A stretch of DNA of 64,000 nucleotides from an uncultured archaeon. GTDB taxonomy: Archaea; Asgardarchaeota; Lokiarchaeia; Sigyniarchaeales; SOKP01. Position numbers and translations under genes: made by a program. A model generated the notes under the pieces. That model searched no databases and was not told the origin of the DNA. It was given only the letters and a program-made list of their open reading frames with translations. This document shows, one piece after another, positions 49,703-59,559 of the stretch. Each line of letters starts with the position of its first letter. Positions within the stretch are counted from its first letter, which is position 1. The stretch covers positions 64,001-128,000 of the forward strand of contig CAZWEM010000002.1 of the NCBI GenBank assembly GCA_964632315.1. Reading direction: 5' to 3'.

Positions 49703-50326
49703 TTGGTGTTTTTGATTAAAATAAATAATTTTCTCTCAGAAAAGGATCTCACTCTAATATTTAATCTTTTAAAACATCCTTTACGAAGGGGGATTATTAA
49801 GTTATTATCTGAGAGTCCACAACATTATTCATCGATACTAAAAAAACTAAATATTTCTGAAAGTAGCATTTTGAATTATCACTTAAGAGAAATGGATGAA
49901 TTATTAATCAAAAAAGATAATAACGCAAAATACACGTTAACTGAAGTTGGTGATATTTGCCTTCAGCTCATCCTTAGAGTTAAAGAAGAGAAAATTTACA
50001 GCTATGACAAGCTTCAGAGATTAGTAGAAAAATTAAAGTCACTAATATTTTTGATTCAATTAACTTTCTTTCCAGTTGTATTGATTCTGTCCCTCGTTCT
50101 ATATTTCTTAAATATAATCAATTTAGGGGCAATTATTGGAATTTTCAGTTCAGGAATAATAATAAGTATATTACTATCAACCAGCATTTTCCTAATCAAT
50201 AAAGAAATAAAGAGTGCCAATAGAATTAGTTTTAAAATGGAAAATCAAGACAAATTGTCAATATTTACAACAATTTTAACTTTTTGGATACTTATTCAAA
50301 TAACTTTTAGCCTATTCTTAAGATAA
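49703..50326 (+). CDS. ArsR-like winged-HTH protein with C-terminal TM helices
   Basis: LKHPLRRGIIKLL...SSILNYHLREM...YTLTEVG, then 3 hydrophobic segments. Confidence 0.8.
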   Translation: MVFLIKINNFLSEKDLTLIFNLLKHPLRRGIIKLLSESPQHYSSILKKLNISESSILNYHLREMDELLIKKDNNAKYTLTEVGDICLQLILRVKEEKIYSYDKLQRLVEKLKSLIFLIQLTFFPVVLILSLVLYFLNIINLGAIIGIFSSGIIISILLSTSIFLINKEIKSANRISFKMENQDKLSIFTTILTFWILIQITFSLFLR

Positions 50327-50352
50327 TAAGCAAAAATATCTTTTCTTAAAAA

Positions 50353-51654
50353 TTAGGTGAATGGATTTTTTTCCTTAAATATTTTTTCTTTATATTGAAC
50401 TAAATACGGAGGGGCTAGACCTTTTTCTGTTGCTTCTTTTTTCATTTTTCTTAATATTTCACCACAATTGATCGATACAGGACACCAGTGATAGCAATTT
50501 TCACATCCAGTACACAGAAAAAGTCCATCCTTAACTGCTGCCTCAATTCCATTGTGAATATAGTCTCTAATGATTGCTGTTGCTCCGAGACCATATTTAG
50601 AAGCATAAATATTTCCAAATGCCCGAGATGCAGTACAAGGAAAGATACAGGATTTACATCCAATACATTTCAAGAAATCTTTATACAAAAGATTTTCCTT
50701 TGCAGCTTCAGTCCTCCAATCGTCAACTAGAATTACGACCACCTCCTTTGCTCCGTACATTCCTTGTACACTAGTCCCTTGTATATCTGAGGTATTTGAT
50801 GGACCTGAAATGAGACTAATGTAATTAAAAGACACATTATTAATTCGAGACTGCAATTTTGTCATCAAAACTGCGTCTATAATATCAGGTACAATTTTAG
50901 TGATTCCACACACCACAATGTGCTTTTCAGTAGCTCTAGTGATTAAACTAATATTCCCCTCGTTTTCTCCCAAAACAATCGTACCGTCTTCGGCAGAGAT
51001 GGCATTGGCAGAAGTTAAAGAGACTTTAACATCGTTCAGAAGTTCCTTCCTATATGTATTCCTAAAAAATTCTACGATTGCGTGTGCTTTGGGTTCAAGA
51101 TCAACATTATAGACTTCTTTAATTTTATTTGCAATTTCTTCTTCAGTAAAATGAGCACCAGGTCCAACTTGAAAACTGGGGAGTTTATATTCAAAAAGGT
51201 CTACAAGGACATCTCCTAGGTCGGTTTCTTTTACTTCAATATTATTCTCTTTTAACACATCAAGGATTCCAATATCTTTCGCTTCTGTAGATTTTGATTT
51301 ATATATGACCTTATTGTCACCTAATTCATCCATAAAAAGCTTTTGAGCTTCTTCATTAGTTTTAGCATAATGTACTATGAAATTTTCCTTACGCATTATG
51401 TCGATACACTTCTCTACGTATTTATCCATGTTATCTATAAAATCCTCTCTCATCTTGATAAGTCTATCCCGATATTTTTCTACAAATTCTCTACTTGAAT
51501 CATCAAATAAATATCTTAAATCATGTTGCCTTGTTTTAATAGTACATGCTAATTTCCAAAAGTCTCCGAATTTTTTCTGTAGGGTGCCTTCAGTTTGAAG
51601 AGATTTAATATTGTCTCTCACATGTTCATAATTATCTTTTCCCTTATCACTCAA
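50353..51654 (-). CDS. LUD-domain Fe-S protein (LutB/YkgF-like)
   Basis: KSKS, ETDLG, ENEGN, LISGPSNTSDI, CIGCKSCIFPC, CTGCENCYHWCPV. Confidence 0.88.
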   Translation of the reverse strand: MSDKGKDNYEHVRDNIKSLQTEGTLQKKFGDFWKLACTIKTRQHDLRYLFDDSSREFVEKYRDRLIKMREDFIDNMDKYVEKCIDIMRKENFIVHYAKTNEEAQKLFMDELGDNKVIYKSKSTEAKDIGILDVLKENNIEVKETDLGDVLVDLFEYKLPSFQVGPGAHFTEEEIANKIKEVYNVDLEPKAHAIVEFFRNTYRKELLNDVKVSLTSANAISAEDGTIVLGENEGNISLITRATEKHIVVCGITKIVPDIIDAVLMTKLQSRINNVSFNYISLISGPSNTSDIQGTSVQGMYGAKEVVVILVDDWRTEAAKENLLYKDFLKCIGCKSCIFPCTASRAFGNIYASKYGLGATAIIRDYIHNGIEAAVKDGLFLCTGCENCYHWCPVSINCGEILRKMKKEATEKGLAPPYLVQYKEKIFKEKNPFT

Positions 51655-52387
51655 CTAATGGGTCAACTCCTTCCATTAATTTTACAATAAAATCTTCAAA
51701 TTTAATAACTGGTTTTTTAATTTGATTTTCATTTCTAATGCGATTTAAGGAAGTATAACAAAAAGGACAAGCAGTTAATAATAATTTACCACGCTTTAAT
51801 TGGTCAAAAATCAGTTTAGAATTGTGATCACTATTTTCTTTAAAAACTGAATATACTCCACCACCTGCTCCACAACAAATACTATTAGTTTTAATGTTAT
51901 CTAATTCTTTTAGTTCAACATTTTCGATAGATTCAAGAATTTTTCTAGGTTCTTCCATTATTGGAACTTCGGCATTTCTCAAGTGACAAGCATCGTGATA
52001 ACTGACTTTTAAAGGTTTATTGGAATTCTTAAGATTTAGTTTAGTTAAGTTTTCGGGCATAGCCATTAATTGGAGTAAATGTTTAACATCAACAGTAAAG
52101 TCTTCTCCTAAATAATGTTTATAGTATTTTGTCAAATAATTATAACATCCAGCACAAATAGTTACAATTTCATTGACATCATTTGACTTGAACCAATTGT
52201 TAACAAATTCCACATGAGTTTTTAATTCTGTATCACTGCCAATATGATATGCTAAAGCTCCACAACAAGGAGTATCATCAAGAACTTGGTATTCCGAATC
52301 TAATAAATTTATGATTTTCAATGCATTTTTACAAGTTTCTTGATATCTTGTCTTAGATAAACATCCAAGAAAAATTAATTTAGTCAA
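51647..52387 (-). CDS. CCG-domain Fe-S protein (LutA/HdrD-like)
   Basis: FLGC, PCCG, TICAGC, YHDACHL, CCGAGGG, TACPFC. Confidence 0.88.
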   Translation of the reverse strand: MTKLIFLGCLSKTRYQETCKNALKIINLLDSEYQVLDDTPCCGALAYHIGSDTELKTHVEFVNNWFKSNDVNEIVTICAGCYNYLTKYYKHYLGEDFTVDVKHLLQLMAMPENLTKLNLKNSNKPLKVSYHDACHLRNAEVPIMEEPRKILESIENVELKELDNIKTNSICCGAGGGVYSVFKENSDHNSKLIFDQLKRGKLLLTACPFCYTSLNRIRNENQIKKPVIKFEDFIVKLMEGVDPLVE

Positions 52388-52579
52388 GAATAAATCCCAT
52401 CGTTATTTGAAGTAATTTATTATAGATTTTTGAAATTAAAATTATTTACTTTATTTATCTATAACTTGAGTTATATTAATAATTTCAAATCGATTCAAAA
52501 ATACTTAATAAGGATTAAATTGAAATTTAATTCATTAATATAATTCATTAAATTGTTTAATCGTCAGAGTTGAGATAAG

Positions 52580-52861
52580 ATTCCTAAATTAGTTGAAAAT
52601 AAGGAAAAAAAATTTTCATTATTCCTCAATAAAAATAGATGCGGTGGAGATCAATGTTATAACTGTATTGCTGTATGTCCCACTGGAATATTAGAGCCTG
52701 GAGATGAATTGAATATGAGAGTAGCGTATCTCCCTCGCGTAAAAAGCGGTAAAGAATCATATTGCACTGGATGTCGCCGCTGTGAATATGCTTGTCCAGA
52801 ATGGTGTATATACGTTATAGATGAGGAGGAGAATCTTTCAAATGAGAAGGCTAAAACATAA
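52580..52861 (+). CDS. korD: 2x[4Fe-4S] ferredoxin, delta subunit of 2-oxoacid oxidoreductase (not in ORF track; probable ATT start)
   Basis: (I)PKLVENKEKKFSLFLNKNRCGGDQCYNCIAVCPTGIL...YCTGCRRCEYACPEWCIYV...KT*; in-frame stop at 52571, no ATG/GTG/TTG before the first cluster motif. Confidence 0.88.
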   Translation: MPKLVENKEKKFSLFLNKNRCGGDQCYNCIAVCPTGILEPGDELNMRVAYLPRVKSGKESYCTGCRRCEYACPEWCIYVIDEEENLSNEKAKT

Positions 52862-52874
52862 ATCGGTGAGATGA

Positions 52875-54050
52875 ATGATAAGTGAAAATAAAAAAAGATT
52901 CATAGCTCCCGGTAGACATTTGATGATGGGGAATGAAGCAATGTCAGAGGGTGCCCTTGCAGCAGGTTTAAAATACTTTGGAGGATATCCTATTACTCCA
53001 AGCACAGAAGTCATAGAACATCTAGCTAAAAGACTTCCTGAAGTAGGAGGGGTTTGCATGCAAATGGAAGATGAATTAGCGTCAATAAATTCTGTAATAG
53101 GTGCTTCTTTAGTAGGAGCAAAAGCTATGACGGCAACTTCTGGTCCTGGTCTTTCCTTGATGGTTGAAACCATATCAATGGCTGCTAATTTAGAAATTCC
53201 ATTTGTGTTTTGCGATGTTCAAAGAAATGGTCCTGGAACTGGATTTGTAACTGAGCCCCATCATAATGATCTGGGATTAGTTAGATTTTCTGGAAATGGA
53301 GAATTTCAAGTTATAGCATTAGCTCCAATGAATTGTCAAGAATTATATGATTTAACCATAACGGCTTTTAATTTTGCTGAAACTTACAGATGCCCAGTCT
53401 TTATTTTGTCAGATGCATATCTTGGGCACTTACATGAAGTTGTTAATATTCCTCCAAAAGAACAAATTCTTGAAAGGATAATAGATAGAGAATTGCCTAG
53501 CCCAGAAGATTTCGTGAAAAAGTTTACTTATTTTGATGATATAACAGGAGAGATTGTAATTCCCAAACCCCCTCAAATGGGTACAGATTATTGTCCTGGA
53601 TTATTTATACATCAACCACATAATTATGAAGGTTTGCCTACACCAAGGCCCATGCAGTATATACAATTAATAATGGATAAGATAAACAAGAATAAAGATA
53701 AAATCTGTTTGACAGATCAATATAAAATGGATGATGCTGAGATTGTAATAGTAGCTTATGGTTTACCTGTTCGTTCTAGTTATAGAGCAGTTGATATAGC
53801 GAGAGCAGAAGGGATAAAGGTAGGTGTATTTAGGTTAATAACCGTCTGGCCCTTCCCAGATGAAGAAGTGAAAAAAGCTGTGAAAGATGCTAAAGCAATT
53901 ATAGTACCCGAATTAAATTACACTGGAGTTATTGCAGAACAAGTAGAAAGAGTTACCGAACTTCAAACCCCAATCATAAAGATTCCTAAGGTATGTGAGT
54001 TTCATCATCCCCAAGACATTCTAAATGTTATAAAGGAGGTGGCAATGTAA
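52875..54050 (+). CDS. korA: 2-oxoacid:ferredoxin oxidoreductase alpha subunit
   Basis: MGNEA, GYPITPSTE, QMEDE, TATSGPG, DVQR.GPGTG, TVWPFP, VPELN. Confidence 0.93.
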   Translation: MISENKKRFIAPGRHLMMGNEAMSEGALAAGLKYFGGYPITPSTEVIEHLAKRLPEVGGVCMQMEDELASINSVIGASLVGAKAMTATSGPGLSLMVETISMAANLEIPFVFCDVQRNGPGTGFVTEPHHNDLGLVRFSGNGEFQVIALAPMNCQELYDLTITAFNFAETYRCPVFILSDAYLGHLHEVVNIPPKEQILERIIDRELPSPEDFVKKFTYFDDITGEIVIPKPPQMGTDYCPGLFIHQPHNYEGLPTPRPMQYIQLIMDKINKNKDKICLTDQYKMDDAEIVIVAYGLPVRSSYRAVDIARAEGIKVGVFRLITVWPFPDEEVKKAVKDAKAIIVPELNYTGVIAEQVERVTELQTPIIKIPKVCEFHHPQDILNVIKEVAM

Positions 54051-54967
54051 TGTCAGAGATAGGAAGAATGCTTAAAAATGAGAAACCAGAACATCCTTAT
54101 GTTCCTGTTTCCTATGCAGGTAGCATGTTTAATAACTTTGCTACGAGATTTTGTTCGGGTTGTGGATATGGAGTAATTGGTCAGATTTTTACTCGGATTT
54201 TTGAGGACGAACATTTAGATCCTCATCTTTATCCAACAGTTATTGGGATTGGATGTTATAGTCAAATGCTTTTATTAGTTCATTATAGATCTCAAAAAAT
54301 TTTGGCACTACATGGTCGAGCTCCTGCTTTAGCTACAGGAATTAAAATGGCTAATCCAAAAACGAAACCAATCATTTTTTCGGGAGATGGAGACTGTTTG
54401 GGGATTGGAGGTAACCACTTCATTCATCTTTGTAGGAGAAACTTAGATTGTGTAATATTTATCTTCAATAATAGTATTTACGCTATGACCGGAGGGCAAG
54501 GAGCTCCTACAACGCTCTATGGTGCTCAAAGTACCACCACACCTTATAAAATGTTTGAAAATAGAAGCGATGGTGTAAAGTTAGCCTTAGCTGCTGGTGC
54601 CACCTATGTAGCGAGAACTACAGTTGCGCATCCAAGAACATACATGAAGTATTTTAAAAAAGCGTTAACCCATAAGGGTACATCTGTGATAGAGATCATC
54701 ACTCCTTGCGTGACATATTTTGGGAGAAAGAATTTAGACAGTTTAGGAGCTGAATATACGGGAATTAAAGGAGAGAAAATGGATCAAGGTTTTAAGATGA
54801 TTGATTGGATTAAAAGAAATACTGTGAGAATCAATCAAGCAAAATTCATGACAGAAGAGGAGCTATTTAATAAGTATATTATTGGAGAATTCCGCTATCA
54901 AACAAATAGACCAGAATACTCTGAAGAATATGCTAAAATTCAAGAAATTGCAATGAAGGAGGATTAA
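54050..54967 (+). CDS. korB: 2-oxoacid:ferredoxin oxidoreductase beta subunit
   Basis: FCSGCG, GIGC, LHGRA, GDGD..GIGGNH, NN..YAMTGGQ, TPC. Confidence 0.93.
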   Translation: MSEIGRMLKNEKPEHPYVPVSYAGSMFNNFATRFCSGCGYGVIGQIFTRIFEDEHLDPHLYPTVIGIGCYSQMLLLVHYRSQKILALHGRAPALATGIKMANPKTKPIIFSGDGDCLGIGGNHFIHLCRRNLDCVIFIFNNSIYAMTGGQGAPTTLYGAQSTTTPYKMFENRSDGVKLALAAGATYVARTTVAHPRTYMKYFKKALTHKGTSVIEIITPCVTYFGRKNLDSLGAEYTGIKGEKMDQGFKMIDWIKRNTVRINQAKFMTEEELFNKYIIGEFRYQTNRPEYSEEYAKIQEIAMKED

Positions 54968-54970
54968 TTT

Positions 54971-55567
54971 ATGGTCAGATATGAAATTAGGATCTCAGGA
55001 TATGGTGGTCAGGGCGTAATAACCCTAAGTAAAATGATAATTACAGCAAGTTCTTTATATGAAAATCTTGCTGCTACTCAAACAGAGGCATATTCAGCAG
55101 CAGCAAGAGGGGGGAAGTGTTGGGCAGAAGTGGTCGTTGAGCTCGACAGGGATAAAAAATTAATCGATTATCCTAAAGCTTTAGAGCCTTACGATTTTCT
55201 CATAGTTTTATCTGAAGAGGCTGCCGGAGATATAAAACCAGATCTTGTCAAAGAAGGTGAAACTGGATTTTTGATTTGGGATTCTTCAACAATAACTAAA
55301 TTTAGAGCAGCTAAAAGAGTTAAGAAATCTTTAGGGATTCCCATCCAAAAACTCGCTGTTGAAAAATTTAATAACATGGTATTTGGAAATACAATTTTAT
55401 TCGGGATTTTTACAGTATTATCTGGAATTTTCTCAGAAGAATCAGCTATAGAAACGATAAAGAATTTTGTTCCTGTTTCAACATTAGATATTAATTTAGA
55501 AGCATTCGAACTTGGAAAACAAGAGGGAATGGATTTCTTGAAAAAAGTTAAAGAAGAGAGTGATTAA
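54971..55567 (+). CDS. korC: 2-oxoacid:ferredoxin oxidoreductase gamma subunit
   Basis: IRISGYGGQG, YSAAARGG, NTILFG, INLEAFELG. Confidence 0.92.
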   Translation: MVRYEIRISGYGGQGVITLSKMIITASSLYENLAATQTEAYSAAARGGKCWAEVVVELDRDKKLIDYPKALEPYDFLIVLSEEAAGDIKPDLVKEGETGFLIWDSSTITKFRAAKRVKKSLGIPIQKLAVEKFNNMVFGNTILFGIFTVLSGIFSEESAIETIKNFVPVSTLDINLEAFELGKQEGMDFLKKVKEESD

Positions 55568-57386
55568 GACGTATATTCAAAAAATTAAAAAAGGTTGGAA
55601 GGAATTAAACGAAGAAATAATCCAAACGGGCAAGTGTGTTTACTGTGGAGCGTGCGGAGCTTTTTGTGCAAATATTAAATTTGATTTAGAAAAGGAAATT
55701 CCTATTGAGGATGGTTCTTGTGAGGATTCAAACACATGCCGAGATGGATATGGATTATGTTATAATTTATGTCCCAAAACTGAAACTGAAATGATTCCAT
55801 TATCTTTATTAGATAAATGGGTGTTTGGCAAAAAAAGTGAAAGAATTCTTGGCCATTATATTGATATAGTCTCAGTTCGATTGACTGATACTGCTAAAGG
55901 AGATTTCCCCTCAAATGCGGGTCCTCTTACAGTTTTACTTTCAACAGCAATGGATCAAAATTTCATTGATGCAGCCATAATTACAGAAAAAGATGAATTT
56001 TATCGACCACACCCCATAATAGCTAAATTCAAGGAGGATTTATTAAAGAGTTCTGGTTATAAGCCTCAACAAAATCCTACTATATCATTAGTTGGAGATG
56101 CAATTAATAAGGAATTCGTAGATATCGCAGTTGTGGGTACTTCTTGTCAGATCCAAGCTTTAAGGAAACTTCAAACCCATCCTATCTTTGACTTTGAAGC
56201 TTATGATTTGGTTTCACTCGCAATAGGGACATTTTGTACAGGTACGTTTTATAATAAAAGCTTAACAGAAATATATAATGAAAATGGGATAAAAGAACAA
56301 GAAATTCAAGAGGTTAAGGCTGATCATGACAATTTTAAATTGAAAATCAAGGCAGAATCAAAACAAGTCGAAATACCTTTAAACTATCTATATGATAAAG
56401 CGATACGAAAAGCTTGCTTTTCCTGCTCTGATTACACTGCGTCATTTGCTGATATTTCAATTGGAAATTTTGGGAGTGATGAAGGATGGGATACCTTTAT
56501 AATTAGAACGGAAAGAGGTAAAGAAGTTTTTGAATCTGCAATTAAACAAGGTGTTTTTGAGGTTAAATCTCTTGCCAAGGACAATGAAGAACTTATACTA
56601 GATATTACTCGAGCCAAAACAGATATCGTTAAAATTGAATCCATTACAGAACACACACCTAAAATTAAGAGTTTTTATCTTAGAAATCAGAGAATTGCAA
56701 AGGCATATAAACCGGGAATGTTCATAATTCTTTGGTTACCTGATATTGATTTTTTGCCCATGTCGATATCAAAAGTGGAAGGAAATCAAATTGAAGTAAC
56801 TGTTGAAAAAGTAGGAATGGGAACTTCAGCATTATTTGATATGGAAGAAGGTGATTATCTTGGAGTAAGAGGTCCTTTTGGAAATTCTTGGAATTACGAA
56901 GATGGTATAAATATCCTTGTAGTTGGAGGAGGTATGGGGATTGCTGCTTTAACCAGTTTAATTGAACCATTAAAAGCTAATAAGAAAAATGTCTTTGTAG
57001 CAATAGGAGCTAAAGATGAAACTTCATTAATTTTTGCTGATAGATTAATTGATCTTATTCCTAATACACTCTGCACTACTGATGATGGTTCAGTTGGAAA
57101 GAAATGTTATGTTACTGATCCGATAAAGGAAATTATTGAAAAGGAAAAAATAGATTTAGTCTTAACTTGCGGACCCGAAGTGATGATGAAGAAAGTATTT
57201 GATATCGCTGAAGCAAGTAAAATACCAATTCAAGCCAGTTTGGAACGTAAGATGAAATGTGGTGTGGGTTTATGTGGTTCATGTTGTATTGGAGAAGAAA
57301 ATAATATATCTGTCTGTAAGGAAGGACCCATTTTTAATTCATCCCAACTTAAAAGCTTCCCTCAATTTGGGACATATACTAAATAA
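55560..57386 (+). CDS. Fusion of FrhB/FdhB-like (F420-binding) domain and PyrK/NfnA-like FAD/NAD/[2Fe-2S] domain
   Basis: N: CVYCGAC, CYNLCP, AVVGTSCQ, IGTFC, CFSCSDY..ADISIG..GW..IIRTERG; C: GVRGPFGN, VGGGMG, TDDGS, CGPEVMM, SLERKMKCGVGLCGSC, VCKEGP. Confidence 0.9.
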   Translation: MIKTYIQKIKKGWKELNEEIIQTGKCVYCGACGAFCANIKFDLEKEIPIEDGSCEDSNTCRDGYGLCYNLCPKTETEMIPLSLLDKWVFGKKSERILGHYIDIVSVRLTDTAKGDFPSNAGPLTVLLSTAMDQNFIDAAIITEKDEFYRPHPIIAKFKEDLLKSSGYKPQQNPTISLVGDAINKEFVDIAVVGTSCQIQALRKLQTHPIFDFEAYDLVSLAIGTFCTGTFYNKSLTEIYNENGIKEQEIQEVKADHDNFKLKIKAESKQVEIPLNYLYDKAIRKACFSCSDYTASFADISIGNFGSDEGWDTFIIRTERGKEVFESAIKQGVFEVKSLAKDNEELILDITRAKTDIVKIESITEHTPKIKSFYLRNQRIAKAYKPGMFIILWLPDIDFLPMSISKVEGNQIEVTVEKVGMGTSALFDMEEGDYLGVRGPFGNSWNYEDGINILVVGGGMGIAALTSLIEPLKANKKNVFVAIGAKDETSLIFADRLIDLIPNTLCTTDDGSVGKKCYVTDPIKEIIEKEKIDLVLTCGPEVMMKKVFDIAEASKIPIQASLERKMKCGVGLCGSCCIGEENNISVCKEGPIFNSSQLKSFPQFGTYTK

Positions 57387-57434
57387 TTTAATTTATATTC
57401 TTTTTATATTCATAACGAATTATTTGTTTCGCAA

Positions 57435-58361
57435 ATGCCTAATTACGATCTAAGAAAAGGGGTTATTTATTGTTCCATAGGTGTTTTATTAATCGGATTA
57501 CAACCAGTGATAGCGAATAGTAGACCTAAAACTATCGATCCTATCATTTTTGGAGGAATAACCGCTCTTATCGAAGCTTTAATATTTATGCCTTTTTATT
57601 TCATAGAAAGGAAATCAATAAAAAAAGAAGAAAAGTTGATTTCTCTTTTAAATGGATGGAAAAAAAAAAGAAATTTGTTCTTGTTATTTGTTATAGGACT
57701 AGTTTTTAGTGCTATACCTATCATGCTTTATGTTGGATTTGAAATTACAGGAGCTATTAATAGTTCCTTAGCGTTAAAAAGTGAGATTGTAGTTGCCTTG
57801 CTTTTTGGGTACTTATTATTGAATGAGAGAATCTCTAAAATTCAAATTTTTTTTTGTTTCACTTTATTCCTTGGACTATTTTTAGCAATAACTGAAGGAT
57901 TTAAACATGTTATAGGCTTTGATTTAGGTGTTTTTATTATTTTAATAAGCGTAATCTTATTTACATTTATCCATGCGCTCACTAAAATTAGTTTTGATCG
58001 TGATGAGTTGTTCCCATCTCAAGTAGTATTTATAAGGAATTTAGTAAGTGGGATTTTAATAATTATAATCTACATAATAATATTTCCATTCGAGAATCTA
58101 AACGTGATTTTTTACAAAAATAACTTCCTTTTTTTTCTCCTTATGGGTGTTGATTATGGATTTTCTTTATATGTGTGGTACAAAGCTTTATCTTACATTG
58201 AAATAGGGAAAGCAACTATTATTATTTCATTCACCCCTATAGTTTCTTCATTTTTTTCCTATTTTTTACTAGGAGAAAATTTTACCATATTTCATTTAAT
58301 AGGAACGAGTATAATCATAATATCAATCATAATGATCGTTAAAATGAAAAAGAAAATTTAG
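57435..58361 (+). CDS. EamA/DMT family transporter
   Basis: About 10 TM, LLLNERIS, FTPIVS..LLGE. Confidence 0.88.
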   Translation: MPNYDLRKGVIYCSIGVLLIGLQPVIANSRPKTIDPIIFGGITALIEALIFMPFYFIERKSIKKEEKLISLLNGWKKKRNLFLLFVIGLVFSAIPIMLYVGFEITGAINSSLALKSEIVVALLFGYLLLNERISKIQIFFCFTLFLGLFLAITEGFKHVIGFDLGVFIILISVILFTFIHALTKISFDRDELFPSQVVFIRNLVSGILIIIIYIIIFPFENLNVIFYKNNFLFFLLMGVDYGFSLYVWYKALSYIEIGKATIIISFTPIVSSFFSYFLLGENFTIFHLIGTSIIIISIIMIVKMKKKI

Positions 58362-58413
58362 CTAACCCGAGCATACTAATGTTTTTATGCTATAGGGCGT
58401 TTTTTTTAATGTC

Positions 58414-59364
58414 TTGGATGATAGAAGAAAAGGATTAGTATATGGAATCGTAGGAACCTTCTTGATTGGCTTTCAACCTATTGTCGCAAATTCTCGACCA
58501 ATTGTATTAGATGCTTATATTTTTGCAGCAATGACCTGCATAGTCGAGACGATTATCTTTCTTCCCTTAGTTATTAAAGACTTATTTCATCCATTCAATA
58601 AACGGATTACAAGTAATATTAAAAAGAATAACGCAAAAAAGATTCTGAACAATTGGAGAGCGAATTTAAAAACAATAATTTTTATCGGATTTATATTTGG
58701 ACTAAATCAGTTGCTCTTCTTTATAGGATATGAATTAGCAGGAGCAATTAATGGATCATTAACCCAGAAAACTACTGTATTTTTTAGTCTAATCTTTGGA
58801 TACACGATTTTAAAAGAGCAAATTGATAAAAAGCAAATTTTCTTTTCAATTATTCTTTTCTTAGGTTTATTTATCGCTATAACTCAAGGAAAATTTACAT
58901 TATTTAATTCTTCGAAGATGATGGGGGTGATTATTCTATTATTTATAACTTGTTTATGGATGTTTGGTCATACTATAACTAAACCAATTTTAAATCGAAA
59001 AGAAGTAACAGCAAGTCAAATGGTATTTCTCCGCAATTCTTTGAGTGGAATAATACTAATATCAACATATTTCATTTTTTATCCATTTAGTAGTCTAAAA
59101 TTACTCTTAATACCAGTGAATATGTTCTTCACTATTGCTATGGGAGCAGTATATGGTTTTGGCTTATATTGTTGGTATAAGACATTATCATATTTAGATG
59201 TATCAATAGCAACCATAATTTTGTCTCTTACGCCTATAATAACGGCAATATTTGCTACATTCTTATTAAATGAAACTTTTACGATATTTCATTTGATTGG
59301 CACTGCTATTGTTGTTCTTTCAATAATTTTTATCATGAAAGGAAAAAAATCAAAACAAGGATAA
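58414..59364 (+). CDS. EamA/DMT family transporter (tandem paralog)
   Basis: Shares RKG..Y, LIGxQPxxANSRP, GAIN.SL, SQxVFxRN, WYK.LSY, ExFTIFHLIGT with the upstream gene. Confidence 0.88.
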   Translation: MDDRRKGLVYGIVGTFLIGFQPIVANSRPIVLDAYIFAAMTCIVETIIFLPLVIKDLFHPFNKRITSNIKKNNAKKILNNWRANLKTIIFIGFIFGLNQLLFFIGYELAGAINGSLTQKTTVFFSLIFGYTILKEQIDKKQIFFSIILFLGLFIAITQGKFTLFNSSKMMGVIILLFITCLWMFGHTITKPILNRKEVTASQMVFLRNSLSGIILISTYFIFYPFSSLKLLLIPVNMFFTIAMGAVYGFGLYCWYKTLSYLDVSIATIILSLTPIITAIFATFLLNETFTIFHLIGTAIVVLSIIFIMKGKKSKQG

Positions 59365-59559
59365 GATAAAAAAAGAATATATATTATTATATATTTACAT
59401 CTATCATGACGTTCACTTTTGGGTTTATACCTGATTATTTTAAAATACAAATTTTATGTAATAAGATTTAAATATACTCTACTTTATTCTTATATATAAA
59501 AATATAGTCAAATATATACAACAAATTAAAGTATTCCTTGATTGATAGTTGTGATCAAA

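Noticed and set aside
55560-57386. Simple pyrK (pyrimidine synthesis) annotation
   Set aside because: No pyrD adjacent, and about 350 aa of FrhB-like sequence are fused in front
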